DNA of 61,614 nt, filler included. It is 9 parts of 9 records of this genome, joined end to end, with 100 filler letters (N's around TTAATTAATTAA, not from the genome) between each part and the next. Parts side by side here need not be neighbours in the genome. Positions count along the whole stretch, not along the records: positions 19,247 to 26,851 come from SRR31147125_164114; positions 26,952 to 32,644 come from SRR31147125_164124; 7 more parts are not named here. One strand, written 5' to 3'. Below the pieces are notes generated by a model, which was not told the DNA's origin, did not search any database, and saw only the letters and a program-made list of their open reading frames with translations. Below, in pieces: positions 21,605 to 32,744 of this stretch. Numbering within the stretch: position 1 is the stretch's first letter; each line of letters opens with the position of its first letter. The position numbers were made by a program, and so were the translations under genes.

Positions 21605-24600
21605 TCAACCTGTCCCAGACGGCGGGCTCACAGGCACAAACTTCTTCCTGCTTTCCGATTCCATTTCCACATTCATATCCCGGAGATCCTTCTCGGCAGA
21701 GAAGTCGGCCATGGAAGCCTCCCAGGTGATCGGAACGACTTGACGTTTGCGCGAGTACAAGTTGCGATAGAGGCGAACTCGTTCCATCGTAACATACCAC
21801 ATCGGACTACGCTCTAGGAGTGGGACGACACCTCATCAGAAGGAGAGAAACAAAGGCAGTGAGTGCCTCCCGAACACACCGAGACGTGGGACCACTCTCA
21901 TAAATGCTTCAATCGCCTCGTCGCGCAGAGATCCTGTCATTCGTGACAGAGACATCAACACGGGAAGTCCATTCGCTCGAAGAATGAATTCCGCACAATC
22001 CACTTGACAAGAAGGGGTCGTCAGCAGAGGGAAGATCCCTGGGGGCGTACATACCATTCAAGGATAGATTCCCAAGAGCACGAGCAACTTCCTTCTTCAC
22101 ACCAGGTGATGTGCTTCGTGCAAGCTTCAACAAGGCCTTGAGACAGCCGTTGGCTTTCAATTCCAAGCGAAGTCGATCATCTGTCCCACCACCACCCCTC
22201 AGTGCACACAGCACAGCGCCATACTACAAACCTCGAGCCTCTATCTCGGCTTCTTCTTCTTTTCCCGAGAGTCTTGATGTGAGAGGCCCCGTGGAGGTGC
22301 GAGGTCCACCACCCGTTTCGGCCATATTCGCAATCGTCCGCGTCACTTCAAGAACTGTGTCGGTGTTTTCCGATGAAGTAAGGCGCACAAGTGCTCGCAA
22401 GCCATCTGCATTTTCTAAAGCTCGTCGTCCCTCATCTGCTTGTCGTCGTTATCCACAATCCACAAAAGGACTGACACACGAAAGCAACCCACTTTGACAC
22501 GTCATATTGGCAAATGTTCGACACGCCTCCAGCTGCACACTTGGATCTCTGGAGAAGGCGAGTTCTAGGACACGTTTTGTCGCCGCATGATCCCGGCTGG
22601 CAGCACGAGCACCTCGATCTGCGAAAAAGAAAAGAGGGTATTTCTCAAATCAAGGATGCTGTGTGTTCGGTCGGTACCATCCTTGCATAAGACCGCAAAC
22701 GCCCGCAGAGCTTGATATACCACCTCAACATTGAAGTGCTTTGAGAAGATGTCAATAAGAGAGTCCATCGCTCCTTTCCTGAGAAAGTCGTCCACAATGA
22801 ACGCTTTGGACAGAGGATGGTGGTTGGCACCACTCCTCCTCTGCGACTTTCATTCCATGCACCTTCTTGTCCGAGGTTGTAGACAAGAGAGGCTCCACGA
22901 CACACAACATCGTTATTCCGTGAGGTAAGAAGATCTAGAGATACATCCACAAGCCCCGCCCGGTGCAAATCGCCACGCCAACATGCTGGAGGACGGGGGG
23001 GACGGGGAAGTCAGGAGGAACAAATCAAACACCGAACCCGTACGTACGAGACGTGGACAACCTCTCGAGGACACATGCAGCCAGATGTTCGGATTCAGGA
23101 TGGCGTACACGTTCCACGAGATCTCCGATAATATCCTTCTCAATCATGGCACTCCGATTCACCTCTGAACACAAGTCAGTGGAACGGAATACGGAACTCC
23201 TTACCCTACACACCGTGGACAGACAGGGCAGCAAGGGTACGAATCGCTTGAGCACCAACCAGGGGATTCTTATCGCGCACTAACTCGAATAATCGTTTCA
23301 GGGCACCCGACTCCACAATCGCCTTCTGGAGTTCGTCTGTACAGCAACACGAATGAGATGACTTGTTTCGTGTTGTTGTCCGTTCGTACCATCGGTTGCC
23401 AGATTGGTTAGAATATGACAGGATTCGATCAGGAAATCACTGTTGGGAGAGGCAAGGGCCATGACGAGTTTGCGTAGACACGGCATTTGTGTGAAATGGT
23501 GTCGCAGGGTCTCTGTGTGGCACACGTGAGGGGAGCCCGGAGTGGAGTGGCCATACCGTTGCCTGAAATGTGGGAGATGGCGTGCATCGTGGCCAGACGC
23601 ATGTCATCCCACTCCGCATCCAGAGCTCGTAGGATCAGGGGACATCCGTCGGTTTCCACAAGTGCAACCTGATTTTCCACTAGGTGGAGATCAGAGCTAC
23701 GAAATAATGAAACACGAACAACAAGCACACCCGCTGAAAGGAGAAGATCAATGATTTCCATGGCCTTGAGCTGTATGTCTTCGTTCGGTCGCTCCAGGAG
23801 CTTGTAAAGCGTAGAGAAACCATCCTCTGTTACGATCTTGACCTTATTCTGTACTGCACATGCCCTATTGTTGGAGAACGGCTTGGGTGGTCTCAACAGT
23901 GCCCTACCATTGACGGCTACATTCTTGAGAGCTTTCATCGCCATCTCTTGGACGCGTTCGTTTGTAGAAAGTGTAAGCTTGAAAATACCACGTAGAATGA
24001 AACGATCGGCCAAGTTGGGGACGCACTCCTCTGTGCAGAGATGCCGTCAGCAAACAGAAAGACAAAGACTCGATCCACTCACCAATCTCCGAGAGGTTTG
24101 CGATAATTCGTGCAGCTTCAAATATTACCGGCTCTGATTCACTAACGGTAAGGACGTGCCACGTATTCATTGCGTGTTTGAGGATGGGTCGATAATTGGA
24201 GGCTGCAGACAGAGAATGGGGACATTGCACATATTGCACACATTCGCACAACACGTACGATGCGCCGTCAGATTTCCAAAGGCACGAATGGCTGGTTCTC
24301 GAACGTCCTCTTCTGGATTTTCGGAAAGGGGTACAACCAGCTGCAATCCATTTCGTGCAACAAAATGGGCACCATTGTCCGCTTGAACACCCTCCCTCTC
24401 TCAGAGATGCAACGTCATTCCACCACCCTGAGCTCACGTACGCATTAAGGAAAGGTTTTCAACACACAGAGAAACATTGCGCTTGATGGTCGTGTCATCC
24501 ACAGACACCAAATACTGAAGCCATTCTACGTGTTCGTCTTCCTTCACAAACACGTGTTGATTTCCACCTGTTGAAGATGTCATGTGTGTGTGTGTGTGTG

Positions 24601-26460
24601 TGTCGGAAAAAGCACACGTACGCAATTCCAAGAGATTGTTCAATGTTGCCGCCGTCTTGCCCTTGAGGTAGATAGATAAGACACACCCATAACCGCACCC
24701 ACCAACGCACATGAATATCTGTCTCCCGCAGCTTCGCAAGCCTTCCAAACTGATGAAACATGGAAGAACATCCAAATGCCCTCTTGAGTGTGGCTTGGGG
24801 AACCACCCGTGAATTCTCTCTCTCTCTCTCTCTCTCCATCCTGTTCTGTTCGCGTACTGTTGGCAGAAAGTGTGTCGATAGCATCCAGAAGACTGACGAT
24901 AAATGTATAGCTTTGCTCCAAGCGCGCCACTCCAGCTCCAACAGCCAGAGTCGCGCGTCGACGCGAGACAAATTGTGCTGCCTTGAGCATGGAAACAATC
25001 GCTTGTACACCAGACTTGGAAAACAGTGGAATGTTCGGCTCTGGGTTGATGGTGATGCTCGGACAGGACAAGATTATTCCCTACGCACCATACGTTCCCA
25101 GCCGTATAAGGACACTCAAAATGATCTTCCGCACTTCTGCGGATGTGGTTCCATTACAAAACGAGGCAAGGCGAGCACATGCCCCGATCCTGGCCATTCG
25201 AAGGGGGTAGTCGTCTAAGGGGACACCGCGAGTCAGCCACCCTTCATCCTTGCAACCCCGCGCACAGTTGTCAACCAGATCCGATAGAGCCCGTGCGATT
25301 TCAAGTCGGAGGGTGGGATCTGACGTCTCCGCCATGCTGAACAGCAGCTCAAAGCAGTGAAGTTCGTCCACGATAGATGGACCATCCGCTGACCGTCGTG
25401 TAAGTGTGTGTCGCTGAGGAGAATGAGATCCATACGATTTCCAGCAATGAACGTGAGGCATTTGGCACAATAACTCTGCGTCTCTACATCTTCCATGTGG
25501 GCTGCAGCCACAAAGACTCCCAAGTTGCCATTTCCCTCCATCAACTTCTGTATGACCATTTGAATCGTTCCCTCTGGAAGAATCCTAGTCACCACCCCTG
25601 GGCACCCGTGCCAGCACCCTCATCTCACCATTCCGACAAACAAGTTCCATGCATCGTGCAAACTCGCGCTGGACTTCCAACACATTAAACGAAGAGAAGG
25701 ACAGGAATTCTCCGAATTCAAAGGAATTCACAAGCACAAAGGCATTGCCTGGGCAGAAAAAAATGGTTACAAACAATAGATCATCAAGATCATCTTCATC
25801 AACAAGGGAGAGACGCACTCGCATCGTCGGTGAGAAGCTTTCCGAGATGGCGGAGAAGGACAACACACGAATCGACGTCTCCACTCTCTCGCGCTCCATG
25901 CAACCCTACGTATAGTACCATTCAGGAAATACGCACACGGCGAATCCACCCACGTACCACTCAACACTGTGTGAATGTCTTTCCGTCCATGCAACACACG
26001 ACTTGCCATGCGCGTCAACAGAGGCATACGCGTACGTCGTGCGGGAGCACCTTCTCTGCATGGGTGGGTTCATACAGAGACAACGATGACGACATCACAA
26101 CACAACACACCGAGGCGGAAGCATTTCGTGGAGGCGTGGAACCACCATGCCCCATTTACTTCGTTTGGCTCCGTCGGTGGTTGAAACTGTCTTGGAACGC
26201 CCACGTTCCGCCTCCGGGGTTGTGAGACTGCGTGTCGGATGATGGATGGCTAAGACAACCTTATTGGAACACGCGGGGGGCTGTCCTTCGTACCGCGAGG
26301 GTGGTGCTGAGTCGGTAGGAGGGAGGGGAGGGAAGTCAGACCCTTCCCCGCCTGAGGCCGTCGAGCCAAATCTTTGTACAGAACCCGCGTCGTCCTCACT
26401 GGAGGTCGTGATATTGGACACGGTGCGTGGAGGAGACCGCCCTGACGCTCTCTTCTCCAT
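21605..26460 (-). CDS. Large armadillo-repeat protein, many short GT-AG introns
   Basis: Exons encode ARM-like helices (e.g. GCLKALLKLARSTSPGVKKEVARALGNLSLN, LRKLVMALASPNSDFLIESCHILTNLATD). Introns checked at 21814-21879, 22003-22054 (CTGAC branch site) and 25574-25628 restore the frame. Full exon model not worked out. Confidence 0.75.
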
Positions 26461-26543
26461 TCTGTGCGCTCGCCACACAACGCAAAGAACCAAGAAAGAG
26501 GAATAGTGCTTTTTCAAAAAGTCATTCCTCTCGTGTGTGTGGG

Positions 26544-26789
26544 ATGTTTGGTGTCCTGCGAGCAGGAGTCCTTGTGCCTTCTACCATGATGAATCTCGTT
26601 CTACGGGCAACCCCCAGCCTTGTGGGCCGGCGCGGGAAAACTGCTCGGTACAAGGGTCAATTGAAGGTGGGGATGGTGTCTTGGAGCAATCCACTCAGTG
26701 CGGAGGATAAGGCAAAGTGGCGACGTGCACGAAGGCGTGCCATGGGATGTGATAAGAAAAGCCCAAACCGTGGAGCGTTTAATGCATGA
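26544..26789 (+). CDS. Small basic eukaryotic protein, possibly organelle-targeted
   Basis: Divergent from the ARM gene; Arg/Lys-rich (RRGKTARYKGQLK...KWRRARRRAMG); possible intron after GQLK (AAG|GTGGGG). Confidence 0.35.
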   Translation: MFGVLRAGVLVPSTMMNLVLRATPSLVGRRGKTARYKGQLKVGMVSWSNPLSAEDKAKWRRARRRAMGCDKKSPNRGAFNA

Positions 26790-26951
26790 TGGAGTCCTAC
26801 TGACCGACGTCCATAATCAGTGCCGTACCCGCCAGAATCCATGTGGCGGGGNNNNNNNNNNNNNNNNNNNNNNNNNNNNNNNNNNNNNNNNNNNNTTAAT
26901 TAATTAANNNNNNNNNNNNNNNNNNNNNNNNNNNNNNNNNNNNNNNNNNNN

Positions 26952-27839
26952 GGTTGGCGCCGATGGTTGAGCGCCCAATCGGGTAACTGACAACGCTGCA
27001 GCAGCGTTTGCAAATATCAGCGCCTCATCCAACTCTACAGCTTCCGCCAGGGCAACAGCCAAGGCGCCATTGAACACATCACCAGCAGCAGTGGTATCCA
27101 CTGCTTTTACTGCAAACCCTGGTACCATCCCATAATAATCTGCTGTGGCAATATATGCTCCTTTGGCACCCATCGTTATCAGGACCGTGGATACGCCTTT
27201 GTCCATCAATACCTGGGCAGCTTGTTTCGCTGTCTGTTCCGATTTCACCTGAACACCAGTCAGCAATTCAGCTTCAGATTCGTTTGGCGTTAATATGGTG
27301 ATATATTGCAACAAATCATCTTGCAGTGGTTGTGCGGGTGCTGGATTTAATATGGTCCTTACTTTGTGATTATGTGCCAGAGAAGCAGCCGCTTTAATTG
27401 TTTCCAGAGGGGTTTCCAGTTGCATGACCATCATATCCCCATTTTTAATAGCATTTTCTGCATCCAGGATATCTTTTGGAGTCAGACTGGCGTTGGCGCC
27501 AGAAGCCACGGCAATGGAATTTTCACCATCTTTTGCAACAAAAATCATGGCCACGCCAGAAGGGGTTTTATCGACAACACGGATGTGATCCACATTTATG
27601 CGCTCTTTTTTGAATCCATTCAACGCTTGTTCACCAAACATATCATTTCCCACACAAGCGATCAGGGTAACATTGCCACCCGCTCGTGCAGCGGCAACGG
27701 CCTGGTTTGCGCCTTTCCCGCCGGCAGCAGTTGTAAATGTTCCTCCCAGTATGGTTTCGCCCGGTTTTGGTATTCTTGGCACTTTGATAATCATATCTGT
27801 ATTGGAACTGCCAACAACCAGAATATTTTTACCCATCAT
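26952..27839 (-). CDS. rbsK: Ribokinase (3' truncated)
   Basis: VVGSSNTD, GGKGANQAVAAAR, NPAPA, TPNESEA, DTTAAGDVFNG motifs. Confidence 0.95.
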
Positions 27840-27888
27840 TCACCTTTAGTTTTAATAATTTTCATTTAGATAATAGTCAGGACACTTA

Positions 27889-28892
27889 TCACGAAATCCG
27901 TGCGGCGATCAATAGTCCCAATCCAATAATAAAACTCAAAAACATCAGGGTAATAAGCTTGTTTGTACCCGGAGGGGCCTTTTTAAATTCTTTCCACACA
28001 AATACTCCCCAGAACGCTGCTATCATTGTTGCGCCCTGGCCCAAACCATATGAAATCGCAAAACCGGCTGCTCCCGAAGCAATAATACTAAAGGACATAC
28101 CAATGCTCCAGATAACACCTCCCAATATACCTATTAAATGCAGTCGGAAATTACCTTTTTTAAAGTAATCGGAAAAGGGCACCGGATCACCTACAAATGG
28201 TTTGATCATTACGATACTGTTCCACACAAAATTGGACACAAACAATCCAAACGAAAATATCACAACAGCCGTATATGGAGTCATTTTACCAGTTTCAGGA
28301 TTGGCAAAATCAATAGACATGGAAGCAGCAACAAATCGGTAGAAAAATCCCATAGCAATTCCGGCCAATATGGAAAGAACCAGACCTTTAGTTATGGTCT
28401 TTTGCCCCTCTGTGGGTAGCCGACTATAAGCCAACGCATCCAGAATGATGGCAGTAATAACCAGGGCAAGCCCCACAAACAGGACCAGGGGATTGCCAAT
28501 GGGTACGGCAATATAATTCACGATCACACCTATAGCCAGCGCCAGCCCAATACCCACCGGAAAGGCAACTGCCATACCGGCTATATCAATAGCAGCAACC
28601 AATAGAATATTGGCCAGATTAAAAACCACGCCCCCAAAAAGGCTGAAAACAGAGAAGAACCACTTGCCTGACCCAAATCTGTTAAAAAACTCCTTCCAGC
28701 TGAACCCAAGCTGCCCATAATAAAAGCAAGAACCAGTGCCAGCAAGAGGACGCCGATGGCATAATCCCAGTAATACAATTGAAACCGCCATTCTTTGCTG
28801 GCAAGTTTTTGGGTATTGGCCCACGAACCCCAGCATATCATGGTGATGAACAGCAAAACCACGGCTATAGCATATGACTCGACAATTACCAT
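27889..28892 (-). CDS. GRP-family (glucose/ribose porter, DMT superfamily) transporter (frameshift at C5 28631-28635)
   Basis: CWGSWANTQKL...FQLYYWDY N-terminus, restored GGVVFNLANILL, AISYGLGQGATMIAAFWGVFVWKEF; about 10 TM. Confidence 0.85.
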
Positions 28893-28966
28893 TTATACCT
28901 CCATCTCTTATGATTCAGTCCAGAACAAAATCGATTTTTGCTTTTTACATTCCTATTAAAAAACGG

Positions 28967-30481
28967 CTAATGTTTCGTGATAACCGGTTTGTTATCGTAT
29001 ATCACCGCATCTTCCAGATAAATTTCCGCATCGTTTAACTGTTTCAGAATCTTGAGTTTGACCGTATGATTACCCTTGGGTAGTTGAAATTTCCAAAAGG
29101 GGGTTGGTTTGCGAATGGTATCGTTTGTGGGTAATGCTGATATTTCAACCAGCTTGCCATCTATATACATTTCCACATACAAAGTACGATCCACGTTACC
29201 CTTTTTCAGGGCGCTACCGGTCGTAGAAAAACCAACACCATTAAATTCAAAAGACGCTTCATTAATAAATCTTATGGCTAAACGTCTTCGTTCAACCGGA
29301 TAATGGTCCTTAAAACCCACTTCCAGAGCAACCGGTTTTGGGTCCTGGGCAGCTATTGTCACTGAATTGTCCTCTACCTTACCTCCGTTCTCTTTAATTA
29401 CTTTGAGGGCCTGTCGAAAAGACATATCATAGGTATCATTCAGGGACATGGTGGTATAAGCGAAATCCATATCTTCCACTTTATCCAGTCCTTGTTTCCA
29501 GTAAGCCGGAATCTTGTTATAACCGAGCATCGTACCCAAAATACCTCCGGCGCTGGCCGGGTTGCAGTCGGAATCATCACCGGTACGGGTACTGATAGAG
29601 ATGGTTTTACCATAATCGCCATCACCATATAACAGGCCGAGCAGTATCCAGGCTGAATTGATCTTTGCGTCGATATTAAAGGCTTTGAATACACCACTGG
29701 GACAGCCAATATCCTCTCCCCATTTTTCCTGGACTTTGAACCAGGTCATTTTCCAGTTATCCGGATATTTCTTATGCCAGTTGATTACATCCATCATACA
29801 CTGATAATAAGTACTTTGTTTGGGGATGACTTTTAATGCTTCATTGACGACATAGTCCAGATCATCGGATGTAAAAGCGAGAGCATACAAAGCCGCCACA
29901 TACACACCGCCGTACCAGCCATCGCCATAGTTCATGATATGGCCGATTTTATCGCAGATTTCCGCTGAAGTATTGACCATCCCCGGACTCATCAGTCCGG
30001 CAAAGTCCGCTTCTATCTGGAAATCAATATCTTCTGAATGGGGATTATTCAGCCAGTGCCCGGATTTCGGTGGCAAAATACCATTTAAAATATTATATCG
30101 GGCCGCCATATTTGCATGCCACAATGGATATTTGGCATTGGCAAAAGCCCTGGCAAAATCTTGCGCCGGAGCATCGAGGCCTTTTTCTTCAAATACCTGA
30201 ACAAAAGTAAGGTCCATGTACACATCATCATACAATCCCGGGTGGTTTTTATACCACCACTCCATCAATGTTTCATTCCAATCAATAGGCTGGTAATCAG
30301 GGATAATCGTACTACGATACTTAAATTCCGTTGGGCCGCCAAAGGTACAACCAATGACCTGGCCGGCCCATCCACCTTTTATTTTATCTTGCAGAACCTC
30401 TTTGCTCAGAGTGATGGTCCTGGCGTTTAACTGAAATACCAGTCCCAATAACAATAACAAAAACAGTATTTTTTTCTGCAT
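28967..30481 (-). CDS. Exported ADP-ribosylglycohydrolase-family protein with extra C-terminal beta domain
   Basis: Signal peptide MQKKILFLLLLLGLVFQLNA; DKIKGGWAGQVIG, YDDVYMD and TGDDSDCN acidic motifs of the ARH fold. Confidence 0.85.
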   Translation of the reverse strand: MQKKILFLLLLLGLVFQLNARTITLSKEVLQDKIKGGWAGQVIGCTFGGPTEFKYRSTIIPDYQPIDWNETLMEWWYKNHPGLYDDVYMDLTFVQVFEEKGLDAPAQDFARAFANAKYPLWHANMAARYNILNGILPPKSGHWLNNPHSEDIDFQIEADFAGLMSPGMVNTSAEICDKIGHIMNYGDGWYGGVYVAALYALAFTSDDLDYVVNEALKVIPKQSTYYQCMMDVINWHKKYPDNWKMTWFKVQEKWGEDIGCPSGVFKAFNIDAKINSAWILLGLLYGDGDYGKTISISTRTGDDSDCNPASAGGILGTMLGYNKIPAYWKQGLDKVEDMDFAYTTMSLNDTYDMSFRQALKVIKENGGKVEDNSVTIAAQDPKPVALEVGFKDHYPVERRRLAIRFINEASFEFNGVGFSTTGSALKKGNVDRTLYVEMYIDGKLVEISALPTNDTIRKPTPFWKFQLPKGNHTVKLKILKQLNDAEIYLEDAVIYDNKPVITKH

Positions 30482-30652
30482 TAGAACTCTCCCATAACTA
30501 TAAAATAAATACAACACCATAAAACATTTTCGGACTGAAATTGTTCATTCAAATTCCTATCCAGGCATATATGAGTCAGCGCGATAAACTTTAAATATTA
30601 ATATATTGTTTTGTTATTTTAACACTTATTTAGCAATCCTTTATCAAAATTC

Positions 30653-32182
30653 CTATTCTTTTTGGTTTCGAAATCGCATTTTTTCCCACCCCCTACCCCC
30701 ATCAAGCAAATCACTCAATTGGGTGACCAGATTCTGGTTTGTATGTGATTCAGCTATATTCTTATTTTCATTCGGATCTGTTTGATGATCATATAATTCT
30801 CTTGCTAATATCTCTCCTGTCTTGTTTCTCGTCCACTCGGTATAACGATATTGCTTTGTTTTGATGGAATATCCGGTTACCACTTTATCAGGATCCCTGC
30901 GGTTTTGTTTTGGCCACTGGGTAAAGGCGGCCTGCTGCCATGGACGTGTGGGCTCTTCCAACACGGGCACCAGACTATCACCTTGCAAATGATCGGGTAT
31001 ATCCAACCCGCACAAATCACAGAGAGTCGGATAGATATCGACAAATTCGGACAGAGCAGTCGTACGTTTTCCGGCATGTTTCATTCCGGGAGCACAAAAA
31101 ATCATGGGAACATGGCAGTCCAGTTCAAAAGGTGTGTGTTTGCACCACATACCATGCTCTCCCAGTTTCCAGCCATGATCTCCCCAGAGAACAATAACGG
31201 TATTTTCCGTCAACTTTAGTTTATCCAGTTCACCCAGTAAACGACCAATCTGGGCATCTACATACGTAACACAGGCGTAGTAGCCATGAATCAGTTTGCG
31301 GGAGAGGTCGTCAGGCAACACGTTATCATCTTTGGGTATGCCATAGTAATTTCTCAACTCACCAAACGTATATTTAGTAAATTGTGTGGCTCCTTCGGGT
31401 AGAAACGGATTGTCAGCCAGGTTTATATCATTCTCAGAATACATATCCCAGTATTTTTTTGGCGCGTTAAAAGGAAGATGCGGCTTGTGGAAACCAACTG
31501 CCATAAAAAATGGTTTGTCAGATGCCTTGAATTGTTGCAGTTTTTTCAAAGCCAGATCCGTACTCGCGCCGTCGCTATATTCGTTATCTGCAACATCTGC
31601 CATTTCATAGGCCGGGCCCCGGCCGTTGCTGTCACCACCTCTTATTTTTTTATAGACTTTAGCATATTCGTTTACTTTATCAATCGCTTCTTTGGATACA
31701 TAGCCGCGATCCTGCCATGCTCCTTCTGGCTCGACCCAGTTATCACCAAATTGTTGCAGATGATCTTCTCTGTGATGATATATTTTACCTGTAGCCCATG
31801 TCTGATAGCCATTTTGTTTAAAATGTTTGTTGAGTGTCAGTGCATCGGGAACCAGCTTTTTCAGGGAATCACAATTATAGATATGAGCATAATCGGGCCG
31901 ATAGCCACTTAAGAGGCTTGCTCTTGAGGCCATACAAATGGGTTCCTGGCAATAGGCGTTTTCGAATAACAATCCGTGTTGCGCCAGACGATCAATATTG
32001 GGAGAGATGATCTGTTTTTTTCCGTAACAACCGAGCTGAGGACGTAAATCGTCTACAGCGATAAATAAGACATTAACCTTTTTAGAACTGGCCTGTTTTG
32101 AACAAACGGTTATTGCTGGGATTAAAGCAGCTCCAGTTGTGCCCATGGCCACTCTTTTGAGAAATTCCCGTCGTGTTGTCAT
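30653..32182 (-). CDS. Sulfatase (iduronate-2-sulfatase-like), Tat-exported
   Basis: TRREFLK twin-arginine signal; NVLFIAVDDLRP, CMASRASLLSG formylglycine motif, GFHKPHLPF, WGDHGW. Confidence 0.92.
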   Translation of the reverse strand: MTTRREFLKRVAMGTTGAALIPAITVCSKQASSKKVNVLFIAVDDLRPQLGCYGKKQIISPNIDRLAQHGLLFENAYCQEPICMASRASLLSGYRPDYAHIYNCDSLKKLVPDALTLNKHFKQNGYQTWATGKIYHHREDHLQQFGDNWVEPEGAWQDRGYVSKEAIDKVNEYAKVYKKIRGGDSNGRGPAYEMADVADNEYSDGASTDLALKKLQQFKASDKPFFMAVGFHKPHLPFNAPKKYWDMYSENDINLADNPFLPEGATQFTKYTFGELRNYYGIPKDDNVLPDDLSRKLIHGYYACVTYVDAQIGRLLGELDKLKLTENTVIVLWGDHGWKLGEHGMWCKHTPFELDCHVPMIFCAPGMKHAGKRTTALSEFVDIYPTLCDLCGLDIPDHLQGDSLVPVLEEPTRPWQQAAFTQWPKQNRRDPDKVVTGYSIKTKQYRYTEWTRNKTGEILARELYDHQTDPNENKNIAESHTNQNLVTQLSDLLDGGRGWEKMRFRNQKE

Positions 32183-32293
32183 TTGATCTCCTTTTTAAAA
32201 TCATCAAATGATTTGTCATTATCACAAAAATACAGATATTTTTTTAACATTCCATGGATAAAATTGCTGAAATCACAAACTTTACCTCTTTTA

Positions 32294-32644
32294 TTATTTC
32301 AATTTCCTATCCAATGGCAATCCGAGTTCCCTGATGCCTTTTACAGCCAAAGCAGCGATCTGTTTGGCACCTTCCTGGGAGAAATGGGTATTGTCTTCTG
32401 CTCCTTCCGGATAGCCTGTAAACGCACCGGGCTTGATCCATAAATATATGTTTTTGGATTCCTCGACTCCGAGTTCCTGGATCAAAAAGGTGCTCTTTTT
32501 CTGCATATCAATAAGAGGCACATCCATCTCAGCAGCCACATCTCTTATGGCATCCGGATAATCTCCATGCGTTTCCACCAGATTGCCATTTTCCGCAAAT
32601 TTTCGCCGCACAATGGGTGTTGCCAGAACCGGAAACGCTTTTTT
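32294..32644 (-). CDS. SGNH/GDSL esterase (rhamnogalacturonan acetylesterase-like), C-terminal part
   Basis: LATPIVRRKF...THGDYPDA...DNTHFSQEGA with the DxxH catalytic motif. Confidence 0.8.
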   Translation of the reverse strand, partial: KKAFPVLATPIVRRKFAENGNLVETHGDYPDAIRDVAAEMDVPLIDMQKKSTFLIQELGVEESKNIYLWIKPGAFTGYPEGAEDNTHFSQEGAKQIAALAVKGIRELGLPLDRKLK

Positions 32645-32744
32645 NNNNNNNNNNNNNNNNNNNNNNNNNNNNNNNNNNNNNNNNNNNNTTAATTAATTAA
32701 NNNNNNNNNNNNNNNNNNNNNNNNNNNNNNNNNNNNNNNNNNNN

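Noticed and set aside
19247..26851. Stop-codon reassignment or non-canonical introns to explain the fragmented ORFs
   Set aside because: In every region I parsed, ordinary GT-AG introns remove the stops and restore the frame.
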